This document shows positions 11,087-23,368 of a DNA stretch of 52,649 bases, piece after piece. A model generated the notes under the pieces. It was not told the DNA's origin and did not search any database. It was given only the letters and a program-made list of their open reading frames with translations. Numbering within the stretch: position 1 is the first letter of the stretch; each line of letters begins with the position of its first letter. A program made the position numbers and the translations under genes. Source of the DNA: Chiloscyllium plagiosum (taxonomy: Eukaryota); assembly GCF_004010195.1 (NCBI RefSeq), contig NC_057753.1:10259667-10312315 (forward strand), in the 5' to 3' direction.

Positions 11087-11205
11087 CCGGAGGAAACCCA
11101 TGCAGACATGGGGAGAATGTGCAAACTCAGACAGTTGCCCGAGGCAGATATCGAACCTGGATCCCTGGCGCTGTGAAGCAGCACTGCTAACCACTAAGCC
11201 ACCCA
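11087..11205 (-). mobile_element. HE1-like SINE 5' portion
   Basis: ccggaggaaacccatgcagac...gcagcactgctaaccact. Confidence 0.75.
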
Positions 11206-11308
11206 GTAAATACTTAAATTGTTTTTACTGGCCAAGCAGAGGCCAATAGCCAAGTTTGGAACCCGTGAGGGTGGTCTCAACCGGGACCTTGGGTGACCAC
11301 ACTATAGG

Positions 11309-11392
11309 AGAAAGTGAGGACTGCAGATGCTGGAGATCAGAGCTGAAAATGTGTTGCTGGAAAAGCGCAGCAGGTCAGGCAGCATCCAAGGA
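11309..11392 (-). mobile_element. Penelope-derived terminal piece running into the assembly gap
   Basis: gtgaggactgcagatgctggagatcagagctgaaaatgtg... is the near-perfect reverse complement of 11005-11077. Confidence 0.75.
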
Positions 11393-12085
11393 NNNNNNNN
11401 NNNNNNNNNNNNNNNNNNNNNNNNNNNNNNNNNNNNNNNNNNNNNNNNNNNNNNNNNNNNNNNNNNNNNNNNNNNNNNNNNNNNNNNNNNNNNNNNNNNN
11501 NNNNNNNNNNNNNNNNNNNNNNNNNNNNNNNNNNNNNNNNNNNNNNNNNNNNNNNNNNNNNNNNNNNNNNNNNNNNNNNNNNNNNNNNNNNNNNNNNNNN
11601 NNNNNNNNNNNNNNNNNNNNNNNNNNNNNNNNNNNNNNNNNNNNNNNNNNNNNNNNNNNNNNNNNNNNNNNNNNNNNNNNNNNNNNNNNNNNNNNNNNNN
11701 NNNNNNNNNNNNNNNNNNNNNNNNNNNNNNNNNNNNNNNNNNNNNNNNNNNNNNNNNNNNNNNNNNNNNNNNNNNNNNNNNNNNNNNNNNNNNNNNNNNN
11801 NNNNNNNNNNNNNNNNNNNNNNNNNNNNNNNNNNNNNNNNNNNNNNNNNNNNNNNNNNNNNNNNNNNNNNNNNNNNNNNNNNNNNNNNNNNNNNNNNNNN
11901 NNNNNNNNNNNNNNNNNNNNNNNNNNNNNNNNNNNNNNNNNNNNNNNNNNNNNNNNNNNNNNNNNNNNNNNNNNNNNNNNNNNNNNNNNNNNNNNNNNNN
12001 NNNNNNNNNNNNNNNNNNNNNNNNNNNNNNNNNNNNNNNNNNNNNNNNNNNNNNNNNNNNNNNNNNNNNNNNNNNNNNNNNNNNN
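11393..12085. other. Assembly gap (N run)
   Basis: Run of n characters. Confidence 1.
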
Positions 12086-12494
12086 AAACGACACAGTACC
12101 TGCACTCCTGAAATATTTGCAATTTCCAACGATACTAGCTACTCATTCACTGCTCCATCTGATACACAACATTGGAAACTTAGTGCAGCAGGCTGAAAGA
12201 AATCAACAGGTTTAAAACAAAAACCATTTGAAGCTCAAAGCCTTCAATGAGAGTCTGAGCCCGGCGGTAAGTTCAGGTAACCCTTTATTGTGACCCAACT
12301 TTATTACAGCTTCAGATTTCCCCCCAGCAAAAAGGCGTAGAAAAAGTAGCTTTATTTAAAAAAAAAAACAGCTCAAGGTCAAAGCGCTCACACTTTCCTC
12401 CTTAACTTGTAGGAAGTATTGCCTCACTCAGCAATTTCAACGTATACTCTGTATCTAAGTAGGTTTCTCCCTACTCATTTGCTGGGGAGAGATC

Positions 12495-12790
12495 AGAGGG
12501 GCAGTGTAGAGTCAACCATTGGCCAGACAGGGTAAAGGATGCAGCTGGGGCGACCGAGTGAATCATTTCCCACAACGGCAGTTTCCTTCCCTAAAACTGA
12601 CGTGAGTGAATCAGATGGGGTTTTTCTCACCACCACCCCTCCCACCCCAACTCCCCCCAAAAATGGCTTCATCATTAGACTCAGAACTCCAGATTACTAA
12701 CTGAATTCCAATTCCACCACCTGCCGCGGCAGGTTTCAAACCCGGGAGGCCCCGGAACTGGGTTAATACTCCAGTCGATAATGGCACTCA
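12495..12790 (-). mobile_element. Old Deu-type (SacSINE1-like) SINE in the ZF 3'UTR
   Basis: Minus strand gggtttgaaacctgccgcggcaggtggtggaattggaattcag...ttttagggaaggaaactgccg...ctggccaatggttgactctacactgcccctctg. Homologous to 34770-35033. The family name is from memory. Confidence 0.55.
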
Positions 12791-12825
12791 GCCGTCACTC
12801 CTTCAATCCCCCTGCTATGGCACGT

Positions 12826-13518
12826 GAACTTGCTGGTGCCTCTGCAGGTGGGAGAAGCAGGTGAATACCTTACTGCACCTGGGGCAGCTGGAGGGCCTAT
12901 CCATCATGTGGACCCGCTGGTGTTTTTGAAGTGCGATGGCCTGGGTAGAACATTTCCTGCACTCGGGACAACTAAAGGGCCTCTCCCCCGTGTGGGTCCG
13001 CTGGTGAGTCTAGATGTTGGAGGCCTGGGAAAAGCCCTTCCCGCACTTGGGCATCTGAAGGGCCTCTCCCCGGTGTGGGACCGCGAGTGTCTCAGCCGAG
13101 CAGAGGCCTGGGTAAAGCACTTCCCGCATTTGCAGCAGCTGAAGGGCTTCTCCCCCGTGTGGACCCGCCGGTGAATCAGCAGGGCAGAGGCCTGGGTAAA
13201 GGCCTTCCTGCACTCGGAGCAGCTAAGGGGCCTCTCCCCTGTGTGGATCCGTCGGTGGGTCAGCAGGTGGGAGGAATCACTGAAGGCCTTCCTGCACTCA
13301 GGGCAGGAGAGTGGCCTCTCCCCCTTGTGGATTCGCTGGTGCCTCAGCAGGGCGAAGGAATTGCTGAAGGCCTTCCCACACTCGGGGCAGCTGAAGGGCC
13401 TCTCCCCGGTGTGACTGTGCCGATGAGTCTCCAGAGCAGACGGGGCACGGAAGCCTTTCCCACAGTGGCCACACTTCCACGGTTTCTTCACGGGGCGGGA
13501 TTCCTCGGGTTTCTCCAT
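12826..13518 (-). pseudogene. C2H2 zinc-finger gene A, disrupted (5 in-frame fingers, then frameshift and stop)
   Basis: MEKPEESRPVKKPWKCGHCGKGF... with HTGERPF-type linkers. 1-nt deletion at ~13050 (tgccc-aagtgc), TAG at 13012-13010, then two further decayed fingers. Candidate acceptor tttttacag| at 13927 and AATAAA at 12289-12284. It could still encode a truncated 5-finger protein (stop at 12904). Confidence 0.85.
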
Positions 13519-13762
13519 GGCCAAAGCTTCAGCCGCACACAAACGCGGGTACTGCCCCTCCCTGCCGTGAATTCCTCTTTCCAGTCTGTATGACTGTTTC
13601 AGGCTCCACACTCAGTGCGCTGCAACGTAGGGTCTGTCATCTAGTCCCACTGATACTGAAAACGCACTCGAGCAGGAACCAAACGCTTTGCTCCTTCTCA
13701 CAGAATCACAATCAAAAACTGTTGCAGTCCCGATTTCCCAGTGTCACTGTCAGACATTGATG

Positions 13763-13888
13763 TGAAAGTGAGGACTGCAGATGCTGGAGAGTTAAGAGTT
13801 CAAAAGTGTGACGCTGGAAAAGCACTGTAGGTCAGGCAGCATCCGAGGAGCAGAAGAGTCAATGTTTCGGGCATAAGGCCTTCATCTG
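13763..13888 (-). mobile_element. Penelope-derived short element inside the putative 5'UTR of ZF gene A
   Basis: Same family as 10200-11077. Minus strand reads CAGATGA-AGGCCTTATGCCC-GAAACATT (mutated core). Confidence 0.75.
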
Positions 13889-14129
13889 TTGATTTTGAAA
13901 TTTCCATCTTCAGATCTTCAAATACTCTGTAAAAAGAGATTACAAAAGTCATTACACTCAGTGCAGGGTAACAATTCTGAACAAGCAATTCTACTTTCTG
14001 CGGAATATACTTTTTTTTTGTTATTCCACAAAATTGAAAGCACCATCCCACTTTCTCTCCCCCTCTGTTCTCACTCCGATCTAATTCTCCTCAAGATGCT
14101 GATTCAGGATCTTACAGATGCAACCAACA

Positions 14130-14870
14130 TAGAGATGTACAGCATGGAAACAGACCGTCCGGTCCAACCCGACCCCAGGGAAAAGACTTCGACTATTTAT
14201 CCTATACATGCCCCATAATTTTTTAAAACTCTATAAAGGTCACCCCTCAGCCTCCAACGCTCCAGGGAAAACAGCTCCAGTCTGTTCAGCCTCCCCCATA
14301 GCTCAAATCCTCCAACCCTGGCAACATCCTTGTAAATCTTTTCTGAACCCTTTTGAGTTTCACAACATCTTTCCGATAGGAAGGAGACCAGAATTGCATG
14401 CAATATTCCAACAGTGGCCTAACCAATGTCCTGTACAGCTGCAACATGACCTCCCAAGAGTTCAAAATTAACGTGAAAGAAGTCTTCAATAAGCATTTGG
14501 TACTTAAAGGTTGACAAGGCACTGATGAAATGCATCCAACGATCTTGAAGAAAGGGATGACAGAAATTGTGGAAGCACTAGCCATAATTTATCAATCTCC
14601 CATGGACTTGGAGGAGGTGTCAGAAGTCTGGAGAACTGCAAACATTGCAGCCTTGTTTAAGAAAGGTTGTAAAGATAATCTCAGCAATTATAGTGCAGCC
14701 AGTTTAAATTTGGTGGAGAAGCTTCCAGTAATACTTATTCTGATCAAAATTAGTAGTCACATGGAGAAAGGTGGATTGAGTAGGAAGAGTCTGCATGGGA
14801 TTTCTGACGGGGACACTGCATTTAACTAACTTGTTGGAGATTTTTGAAGACATTCCAGGCTTGACGAGGA
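14130..14870. mobile_element. Two CR1 fragments back to back (3' end on -, RT region on +)
   Basis: Minus: WEVMLQLYRTLVRPLLEYCMQFWSP. Plus: MHPTILKK...WRTANIAALFKKGCKDN. Confidence 0.8.
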
Positions 14871-15314
14871 TAACACTTCAGCTCTCCTCTTTGTTACCCA
14901 TCCTAGCTCTCTTGGGGAGCCTGGTACCCCTATAGCCTTGACATTATGCTGAATGGCATGTGTTTGAGGCGATTAAAGCACCAAAGTGTGACTTCAAATT
15001 ACTTGGCTACATTGGTGTCTCAGTTTTGCTATCCTATCTCTCCCACAACGGCTGACAGAACAGGCTGTATGCAGGAGTCTGCTAGGCACCACCTTCGTTA
15101 ATCAAAAGAGAAAGAGCCATTGATCCAGCACCTCAGTAAATCTTGAAATAGTCTTGGTTCCTATGCACATGTTGGGATGCATGCAAGGAGATGTTTATAT
15201 TTTGCTTCTGTACTTAGAATTCATAAATTGAAGCCAGCATACGTTTTAAAAATATTCAAGATTAAAAGTACAGAGGAGATCAATATTATACAACAATCCA
15301 ACAACACCATCCCA

Positions 15315-15400
15315 AGACAACATGCGCCTGACCCTCACAAAGATGGCGGCCAGTTGCCCGGGCAACCCGAGAGCTCCTTTGCCGGTGAAGTAAACACTGG
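15315..15400 (+). promoter_or_regulatory. Compact promoter-like motif cluster (YY1 site and RFX X-box)
   Basis: AAGATGGCGGC at 15340-15350, perfect palindrome GTTGCCCGGGCAAC at 15353-15366, and CATGCGC upstream. Confidence 0.55.
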
Positions 15401-15529
15401 ACCTGTGGGGCTTTTATTCATGGCCTTATGCCTCCCCTAGGTGTCTATAACCTCCCCAGTCTCCCTCCTCCCGCGGTTTCCAAACGTAAACAAAGGGATT
15501 TTAAAAAATGAATAGAAATAGGTAAAGTA

Positions 15530-17010
15530 AATTACGAAAAAAGTCTAGCACAAAATATCAAAAAGAACAGCAAAAACATCTATTCGCATGCCAAAGGGAA
15601 CAGTTGCTAAGGTAAATGTTGGTCCCTTGGAAGGTGAAACAGGTGAGTTAATGGGGGAACACTGAAATGACAGAGCTGCTAAATCAATACTTTTCCTCAG
15701 TTTTCACATTGGAGGCCAGCAATACCACTCCTACTGAACAGGCAAGTCAGAGGCTATAGAAAGAGTAGAATTTAAACAATCAACATTGATAGGTATATTA
15801 TTAGGATTGAAGGCAGACAAATCCCCTGGGCCTGATGGCCTACGTCCGAGAGTACTGAAGGAAGTGGAAGTAGAGATAGTGGATTCATTAGTTACAATAT
15901 TCCAAAATTCCCTGGACATGAGAAAGATTCATTGAGTTTATTTAAGACTGAGATAGGTAGGTTTTTGATTGTCAAGGTGATCAAGGGTTATGGGGAGAAA
16001 GCGGGAGAATGGAGTTGAGAAAGTTTTCAGCCATGATTGACTGGTGGAGTAGACTCAATGGGCTGAATGGCTTCATTTCTGCTCCTATATCTGATGATCT
16101 TATGATTCCAGTGGATTGGAAAAATGCTAATGTATTGCCAGTATTCAGAAAGGGAGGGAGGCAATATGTGGGAAATTGCAGACCAGTTAGTTTAATACCT
16201 GTTGTTGGGAAGGTGTTAGAGTCAATTTTCAAGGAAGCAATATCAGGACATTTAGAAAGTCAAAACTATCCATCAGAGTCAGCATGGTTTTATGAAGGGC
16301 AAATCAGGTTTGACTACGTTCTTTGAAGATGTAACAAGCGAAGTGGATAATGGGATCCTCAGCTGTAATATATCTGGCCTTCCAGAAGGCATTTGCGAAA
16401 GTGCCACACACAAGGTTATTTCACAAGGTTGGATCATATGGGATTAGGGGGTGATTTATCAGCTTGCATAGCTGTTGGGCAGAAGACAGACAGTCCGAAT
16501 CAACGGCTTTTTTTCTGGATGGTAAGATCTAACTAGCGAGGTGCCACAAGGTTGGGTCCTTGGACCCCATCTATTTACAATCCACATTAGTGACTTGGAT
16601 ACAAGGACAAAAGACTCTATACCAAATTTGTGAATGACAAAAATAGGCAGGACAGTAAATTGGAATGAGGAAATAAGAACCTTACAAATGGATCTAGATA
16701 GTTTAGGAGAGTGGGCCAAAGTGGCAGAAGAAGTTTAAGGTGGACAAGTGTGAGGTCATGCATTTTGGTCAAAAAAACAGGAAAGCGACCTATGGGGAGA
16801 GGCTTTGGGTTGCTCTGGTGCAGAGGAATCTGGGTATCCTCATTAATGAGTCACAGAAAACTAGCATGCAGGTACAGTAGATAATAAAGAAAGTGAATAC
16901 AATGTTGGCTTTTATAGCTAAAGGAACAGAATATAAAAGGTAAGGAAATGTTGCTGCAACTATACATGGCATTGCTGAGGCCACACCTGGAGGATTGTGC
17001 CCAGTTTTAA
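15530..17010 (+). mobile_element. CR1 LINE ORF2 fragment (RT region), decayed
   Basis: KSPGPDGLRPRVLKE, IPVDWKNANVLPVFRKGGRQ..GNCRPVSL and VPQGWVLGP motifs with frameshifts. Confidence 0.88.
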
Positions 17011-17024
17011 AGCCTTAATTCCCA

Positions 17025-19315
17025 TTATATGGTTATGGTAGGGGATTTAACTTTCCAAACGTAGGTTTGGACTCTCATAGGTTTAAGGGTTTAGATGGAG
17101 AGGAATTTAAGTGTGTACAAGAAACTTTTCTGATTCAGTATATGGATGTACCTACTAGAAAAGATGCAAAACTTGACCTACACTTGGGAAATAAGGCAGG
17201 GTAGCTGACTGAGGTGTCAGTGCAGGAGCACTTTAGGGCCAGCGACTATAATTCTAATACTTTTAAAATAGTCATGGAAAAGGATAGACCAGATCTAAAA
17301 GTTGAAGTTCTAAATTGGAGAAAGGCTCATTTTGACGGTATTAGGCAAGAACTTTCAAAAGCTGACTGGGGGCAGATGTTTGCAGGTAAAGGGACACATG
17401 GAAAATGGGGAGCCTTCAGAAATGAGCTAACGAGATTCCAGAGAAAGTATATTCCTGTTAGGCTGAAAGGAAAGCCTGTAAAGTGTAGGGAATGCTGGAT
17501 GACTAGAGAAATTGAGAGTTTGGTTCAAAAAAACAAGGAAGCATGTATCAGGTATAGACAGGATAGATCGGGTGAATCCTTTATAAGAGTATAAAGGTAC
17601 AAAGTATAAAGAAGTATACTTAAGATGGAAATCAGGAGGGCAAAAAGGGGACATGAGACAGCTTTGGCAAATAGGGTGAAGGAGAATCGAAAGGGTTTTT
17701 ACAAATACATTAAGGACAAAAGGGTAAGTAGGGATAGAATAGGGCACCTCAAAAATGAGCAAGGCAGCCAATGTGTGGAACTACAGGAGATGGGGGAAGA
17801 TACTAAATGAGTATTCTGCATCAATGTTTACTCTGGAGAAGGACATGGAAGATATAGAATGTAGGGAAGGGTCTGTTTCCATGCTGTACATCTCTATGAC
17901 ATCTTGAAAAATTACAGAGGAGATGGTGCTGGATTTCTCGAAACACATAAAGGTGGATGAATCCCAAGGACCAGATCAGGTGTACTTGAGAACTCTATGG
18001 GAAGCTAGGGAAGTGATTGCTGGGCCCCTTGCTGAGATATTTGTAGCATTGATAGTCACAGAAGAGGTGCCAAATGACTGGAGGTTGGTTAACGTCGTAC
18101 CATTATTTTAAAAAGATGGTAAGGAAAAGCCAGGGAATTATAGACCACTGAACCTAACATTGGTGGTGGGCAGGTTGTTGGAGGTAATCCTGAGGGACAG
18201 GATTTACATGTATTTGGAAAGGCAAGGACTGATTAGGGAGAGTTAGCATGGCTTTGTGCGTGGGAAATCATACCTCACAAACTTGATTGTTTTGAAGAAG
18301 TAACGAAGAGGATTCATGAGGGCAAAGTAGTGGATGTGATCTACATGGATTTCAGTAAGGCGTTTGACAGGGTTCCCCAAAGGAGACTGGTTAGCAAGGT
18401 TAGATCTCATGGAATGCAGGGAGAACTAGCCATTTGGATTCAGAACTGGCTCGACGGTAAAAGGTCATGGTGGAGGGTTGTTTTTCAGACTGAAGGCCTG
18501 TGACCAGTGGAGTGCCACAAGGATCAGTGCTGGGTCCACTACTCTCCATCATTTATACAAATGATTTGGATGTGAATGTAGGAGGTATAGTTGGTAAGTT
18601 TGCAGAGGACACCAAAATTGGAGATGTGGTGGACAGCGAGGAAGGTTACCACAGATTACAATGGGATCTTGATCAGATGGGCGAATGGGCTGAGGAGTGA
18701 CAGCTGGAGTTTAAATAAATGCAAGGTGCTGCGTTTTGGAAAAACAAATGAGAGCAGGACTTATATACTTAATGGTAAGATCCCAGGGAGTGTTTCTGAA
18801 CAGAGACCTTGGAGTGCAGGTTCATAGCTCCTTGAAAGTGGAGTCGCAGGTAGATAGGATAGTGAAGAAGTTGTATTGGTATGCTTTTCTTTATTGGTCA
18901 GAGTATTGAGTACAGGGGTTGGGAGGTCACGTTGCGGCTATTTTCCCTGGAGCATCGGAGGCTGAGGGGTTACCTTATAGAGGTTTATAAAAGAATGAGG
19001 AGAATGGATAGGATAAATAGGCAAAGTCTTTTCCCTGGGGTGGGGCAGTCCAGAACTAGAGGGCAGAGGTTTAGGCTGAGAAGAAACCTAAGGGGCAGAA
19101 GGTGGTACACATATGGAATGAGCTGTGAGAAGAAGTGGTGGAGGCTAGTATAATTGCAACATTTGAAAGACGTCTGGATGGTGTATGAATAGGAAGAGTA
19201 TGGAGGGATATGGACTGGGTGCTTGCAAGTGGGACTAGATTGGGGTTGGGATATCTGGTCGGCATGGACGGGTTGGACCGAAGGGTCTGTTTCCGTGCTG
19301 TACATCTCTATGACT
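17025..19315 (+). mobile_element. CR1 LINE ORF2 (endonuclease C-terminal half, RT and 3' tail), decayed
   Basis: [22 protein letters not shown] and KFAEDTKIG motifs; tail ...tccgtgctgtacatctctatgact. Confidence 0.92.
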
Positions 19316-19800
19316 TACTTTTCAGACACCTTTTTTAAAAGAGCAGTTTGTGTTTGGAATAAATGTCCAGAGGAAGTGGTGGATGCAGGTAGAGTTACAA
19401 CATTTGAAAGTCATTGGGAAAAGTATATGAATAGGGAAGGTTTAGAAGGATATGGGCCAAACACTGGCAGGTGGGACTAGTTTAGTTTGTGAACATAGTC
19501 AGCATGGACTAGGTGCACTGAAGGGTCTATTTCTGTGCTGTATACTCTGTAACTGTTCTGTACTGGTCTTAAAATCACTTTCTTGCCTTCTCCCATAAGC
19601 ATTCACTTCTTTGTTGTTCAATAATCTGATGAACTGAACCTTGAATATATTCAATGAACCCCCCTAACTGCAGGGAGACATTCCCACTTCTGAATTGAAT
19701 TCCTCTTGCTAATATACCACTTGCCTTGCTGATTGCTTGCTGCACCTGTCTGACAACTGGCAGTGACTGGTGTAGAAGGACGCTGAGCCCCTTTGTACAT

Positions 19801-19926
19801 CCTGATGAAAGGCCTGTGCCCGAAACATCGACTGTCCTGCTCTTTGGATGCTGCCTGACCTACTGTGTTTTTCCAGCACCACACTTTGGACTCTGATCTC
19901 CAGCATCTGCAGTTCTCACTTTCTCC
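19801..19926 (+). mobile_element. Penelope-derived short element beginning at its hammerhead motif
   Basis: CTGATGA-AAGGCCTGTGCCC-GAAACATC at 19802-19829. acatcc occurs at both junctions. Confidence 0.75.
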
Positions 19927-20035
19927 ACATCCCGATATATCACCATTTAAACAATGCGGCTCCTTTCTGCTTTTTCTTCACAGCAAAAGCTATAACTTTA
20001 CATTGTAGTACTGTATTTGCCATGTGTTTGCCAAT

Positions 20036-20332
20036 TGTGGTCCTCTCTAATCAGGGAGACCAAGTGTAAACTTGGGGAATGGTTCGCCAAGTATCGCAGG
20101 TGGGTCTGCAGAGGCCGACTGGACCTCGCAGTCACCACCCGTTTTACCCTTCACAAACCTTGCAAAAACCCATTTTAATTCCCCTTCCCACTCCCTTTCT
20201 GACATGACCATCTTTGGCCTCCTCCATTGCCGCAAAGAACCAAAGTGCACGTTGGAGGAACAATACCTCGCCTTCCGCCTGGGCAGCATCCAGCCCGGGG
20301 GACTCAACGTTGAGTTCTCCAATTTCAAATAA
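20036..20332 (+). mobile_element. Penelope-like GIY-YIG endonuclease fragment
   Basis: ..ETKCKLGE.F..; HFNSPSHSLSDMTIFGLLHC..LEEQYLAFRLGSIQPGGLNVEFSNFK*. Confidence 0.82.
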
Positions 20333-20429
20333 ACTCCCTTCCCATCCCCCAACTCCATTCCCAGCCTGTCCTCACGAATCCCCACTTCACCACCCTGTCC
20401 CCAGCATCCCCTTTGTCTGCAAACCAACT

Positions 20430-20685
20430 TTTAATGTTGGACGGAGAAAGGAAGTTGCAGTCTAGAATGAAGCTCAATCTTCATTCCCAAAGAGAGGAGC
20501 ACCAGCAGCTTCAGAAGCTCATGGTCCAACTTCCGCTTTCAGACAATGCGGTGGCTCTGATTGGCAGGAAGACCAATCTCCTTCCAGCTCTCCAGGGCTG
20601 CATATTGGTCCATTCAAAGCAGGTCGCGCGCCTTTTTTTTTGGACAGCGATGAGCATATGCGCACTGCATTGCTGACACCAGCAA
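20430..20685 (-). promoter_or_regulatory. ZF-type promoter/first-exon module, copy 1 (splice donor lost)
   Basis: Reverse complement aligns with 25885-26130 and 38600-38890: GTGCGCAT, two CCAAT boxes, GCGGAAGT, then ...agactgcaacttcctttctc. Confidence 0.7.
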
Positions 20686-21386
20686 ATACGTGCAGTATAC
20701 TCTGAGGGTACTGGTTTTACTGACAGACTTTAAGTGTCCACATGCCAATAGGAAAACAAAGGGTAGAGCCACAATTTTCTTCCCCGTGGCTTGAGATTTT
20801 ATTGCCTTTGCATTTTCTCTGGCTGCTCAACTTTTGTATGTCTTTTCCTCTTGTTGGGGTGGGGGAAGCGTGGAGTCCAGAACCGGAGGTCATAGGTTTA
20901 GGGTGAGAGGGGAAAGATTTCTGAGGGTCCTAAGGAGCAACCTTTTCTCACAGAGGGTGATATGTGTATGGAATGAGCTGCCGGAGGAAGTGGTGGAAGC
21001 TGGTACAATTACAATATTTAAAATGCATCTGGATGGGGATATGAATAGGAAGGAATTAAAGGGATATGGGCCAAATGCTGGCAAATGTATCACTAGATTA
21101 ATTTAGAATATGTGGTCAGCGTGGACCAAAAGGTTTGTTTCTGTGCTCTACAAATCTATGACTCTATTTCGCCATAGTCAGAACCAATTTCATGAGACGA
21201 GGAATAGGCCATTCACCCCTTCCAGCCTGTCCTGAGCTGTGGCCTAACTGCGCACATTTCAGTGCAAGTTCCAGGAAGATTTCAGCAGCTCTTAAAAATT
21301 GAACATGCTTTCAAACTTTAATGATGTTTCTGAATGTATCATTTTAGCTATTCTCAATTTTAAAGATCAGCCATTTCATCACCATC

Positions 21387-21480
21387 CTCTCTCGCTCTCT
21401 CTCGCTCGCTCGCTCTCGCTCTCTTTCTCTCTCTCGCTCGCTCTCTCACTCTTTCTCTCTCTCTCCCTCCCTCCCTCCTC
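21387..21480. repeat. (CT)n/(CTCG)n microsatellite
   Basis: Direct inspection. Confidence 0.9.
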
Positions 21481-21599
21481 CTGAGACGAAGAGCTTGATA
21501 CAATGATCAAAGAAGGCTCGAGGCATGAGAAAGGACAGGGGCTGATGGGGAGAAAAGAGAGAGAATGGATGTGGGTCAGAAGGTGGTGTGTCGAGAAGC

Positions 21600-21900
21600 A
21601 GAAAATGGACAGGGTGCAGAGGATGGGGTTAGAGAAAGACTGGGGGGTGGTAGGAAGAATGGTCAGGGGCGTTGTGGGCGGCGTGGGGAATGGACAGCGG
21701 ACGCTATGGATGGGGAGAAATTGACAGGTGGCACTCTGGTTTGGGGGAATGGAGAGGGGGTGCTGTGGGTGGCGGGAGTGAATGGACAGGGGAGCTGTGG
21801 GTGGCGGGATGGAATGGACAGGAGGCACTGTGGGTGGCAGGGTGGAAAGGCCAGAAGGCGCTGCGGGGGTGGGAAGAATGGACAGGGGGCACTGTGGGAA
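21600..21900 (+). repeat. Degenerate ~30-bp minisatellite (aatggacagggggc.ctgtgggtggcggg)
   Basis: aatggacag-like motif recurs about every 30 bp. An opposite-strand relative lies at 5790-5990. Confidence 0.75.
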
Positions 21901-23368
21901 TATTTGTGTCTTGGAGGGAGGGGCTGGTGGTTAAAGCATCCCACCCACTCCCAGCATCCCCTTCTCGACACACGCAGATTTTTGAGTCTGGGTGGGATGC
22001 TGTTCTGAGGGTCAGTATGGACTTGATGGGCCAAATAGCCTGCTCCCACACTGTAGGGATGCTATGCTTACCAGAGCTGACAAACCAGCAACTTCTGATT
22101 GGTGAAGTAAAAGACCATGAGCCAATCTCTAAGCAGTTTTCCATTTATTCACTTGATTTGCCCTTTCAACATCCCTTGAATTTAAGGTGTTCCATTGTAG
22201 TATTTTTCCATGAAAAGCAGAATCTAGTCTCATCTGAGTGCAGAACCAACTCAACTGACTGAACAAGTGTAACAACTCTTCTGTCTGCTCTTTAGATGTG
22301 ACATCCTCTCTCTCTCTGTTGACCCAACAGGATTACCAGGGCTGGAAGTACCACTCTTGGAATACGATTGCTGATCTACAGTTTGCTTGAGCTGCTTAAC
22401 ATAAGGATTTAAAAGCTGCTAGCCTGATCTCGCACAAAAACAGACTGCACAGGCACGGGTGAACAGAGGATAAATTTCATTTGGAATACATCACAAAATA
22501 ACAAGAGGTACCAATCCCACAACTCATGTATTACCCATGGAGGGAGGGGAAGTGAAGTGTTTTACTCTCAGACGTTAGAGGGAAGGACAAAGTTTCAGCC
22601 AGTGGGAAGTTAAAATGAAACCCTGTGCTTTTTCCTGTTGTAAAAAAACTCAAACTGCATGGACTTGGGGGAATAAAAAATGAAGAAAAGGGAACTTACA
22701 AAGTTTCCAACCCCACAACCCACACACATACAATTCCTACTGTCCCCCATCTGTCTAGGAGTAAACTCTGGAAAGGTAGTGGTGTTGATAGCGGGGAGGA
22801 TGGTCTCTGGCTACACTTTGATATCGATCAGCTGGTAAATTGGACAGAATGATGAAATTTAATCTGCAGGCGTTCTGGGGAATTTGAATAAGTGAAGGCA
22901 GTAAGCAAGAAATAGTAGGTCCCTATAGAGTGTTGAGGAACAATGTGACCTTGATAAAACGAAAGGGGGGGGGGGGTTGAGGAAGACAGAGATTTGTATT
23001 TTTTCACACAGAGGGTGGTGCGTGTGTGGAATGAGCTGTCAGAGGAAGTGGTGAAGGCTGGTACATTTAAAAGGCAACTGGATGGGTACACGAATGGGTA
23101 GGGTTTAGAAGAATAAGGCAAATGGAATAGATTAATTCAGCACATCTGGTCAGCATGGATGAGTTGGACAGAAGGATCTAGTTTCTGTGCTGAACAACTC
23201 TATGACCACCCACTTCATTTTGAAACCTTTCACTGCCACTTGCAACACCCTATTAGGGTTCAGAGAGTTCCAGGTCCTGACACCTCCTTCCTCACGTCTC
23301 CTGTGTATTTTACGTCAAAAATACCAGTTGTATGTTACTGGGTTAGTACTTTAAACACACATTCACAG

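Noticed and set aside
11256..12215. Five long ORFs (239-319 aa) in the track
   Set aside because: Artefacts of translating through the N gap.
12824..13593. Plus-strand ORFs opposite ZF A (and 46724-47086 opposite ZF C)
   Set aside because: Antisense shadow frames typical of GC-rich finger repeats.
17025..19315. Active autonomous LINE (also the Penelope element at 35.9-38.5 kb)
   Set aside because: Multiple stops, frameshifts and insertions; no intact RT ORF in the window.
21379..22262. Overlapping ORFs of 128-196 aa
   Set aside because: Low-complexity GA/G-rich minisatellite lacking stop codons; no domain signature.
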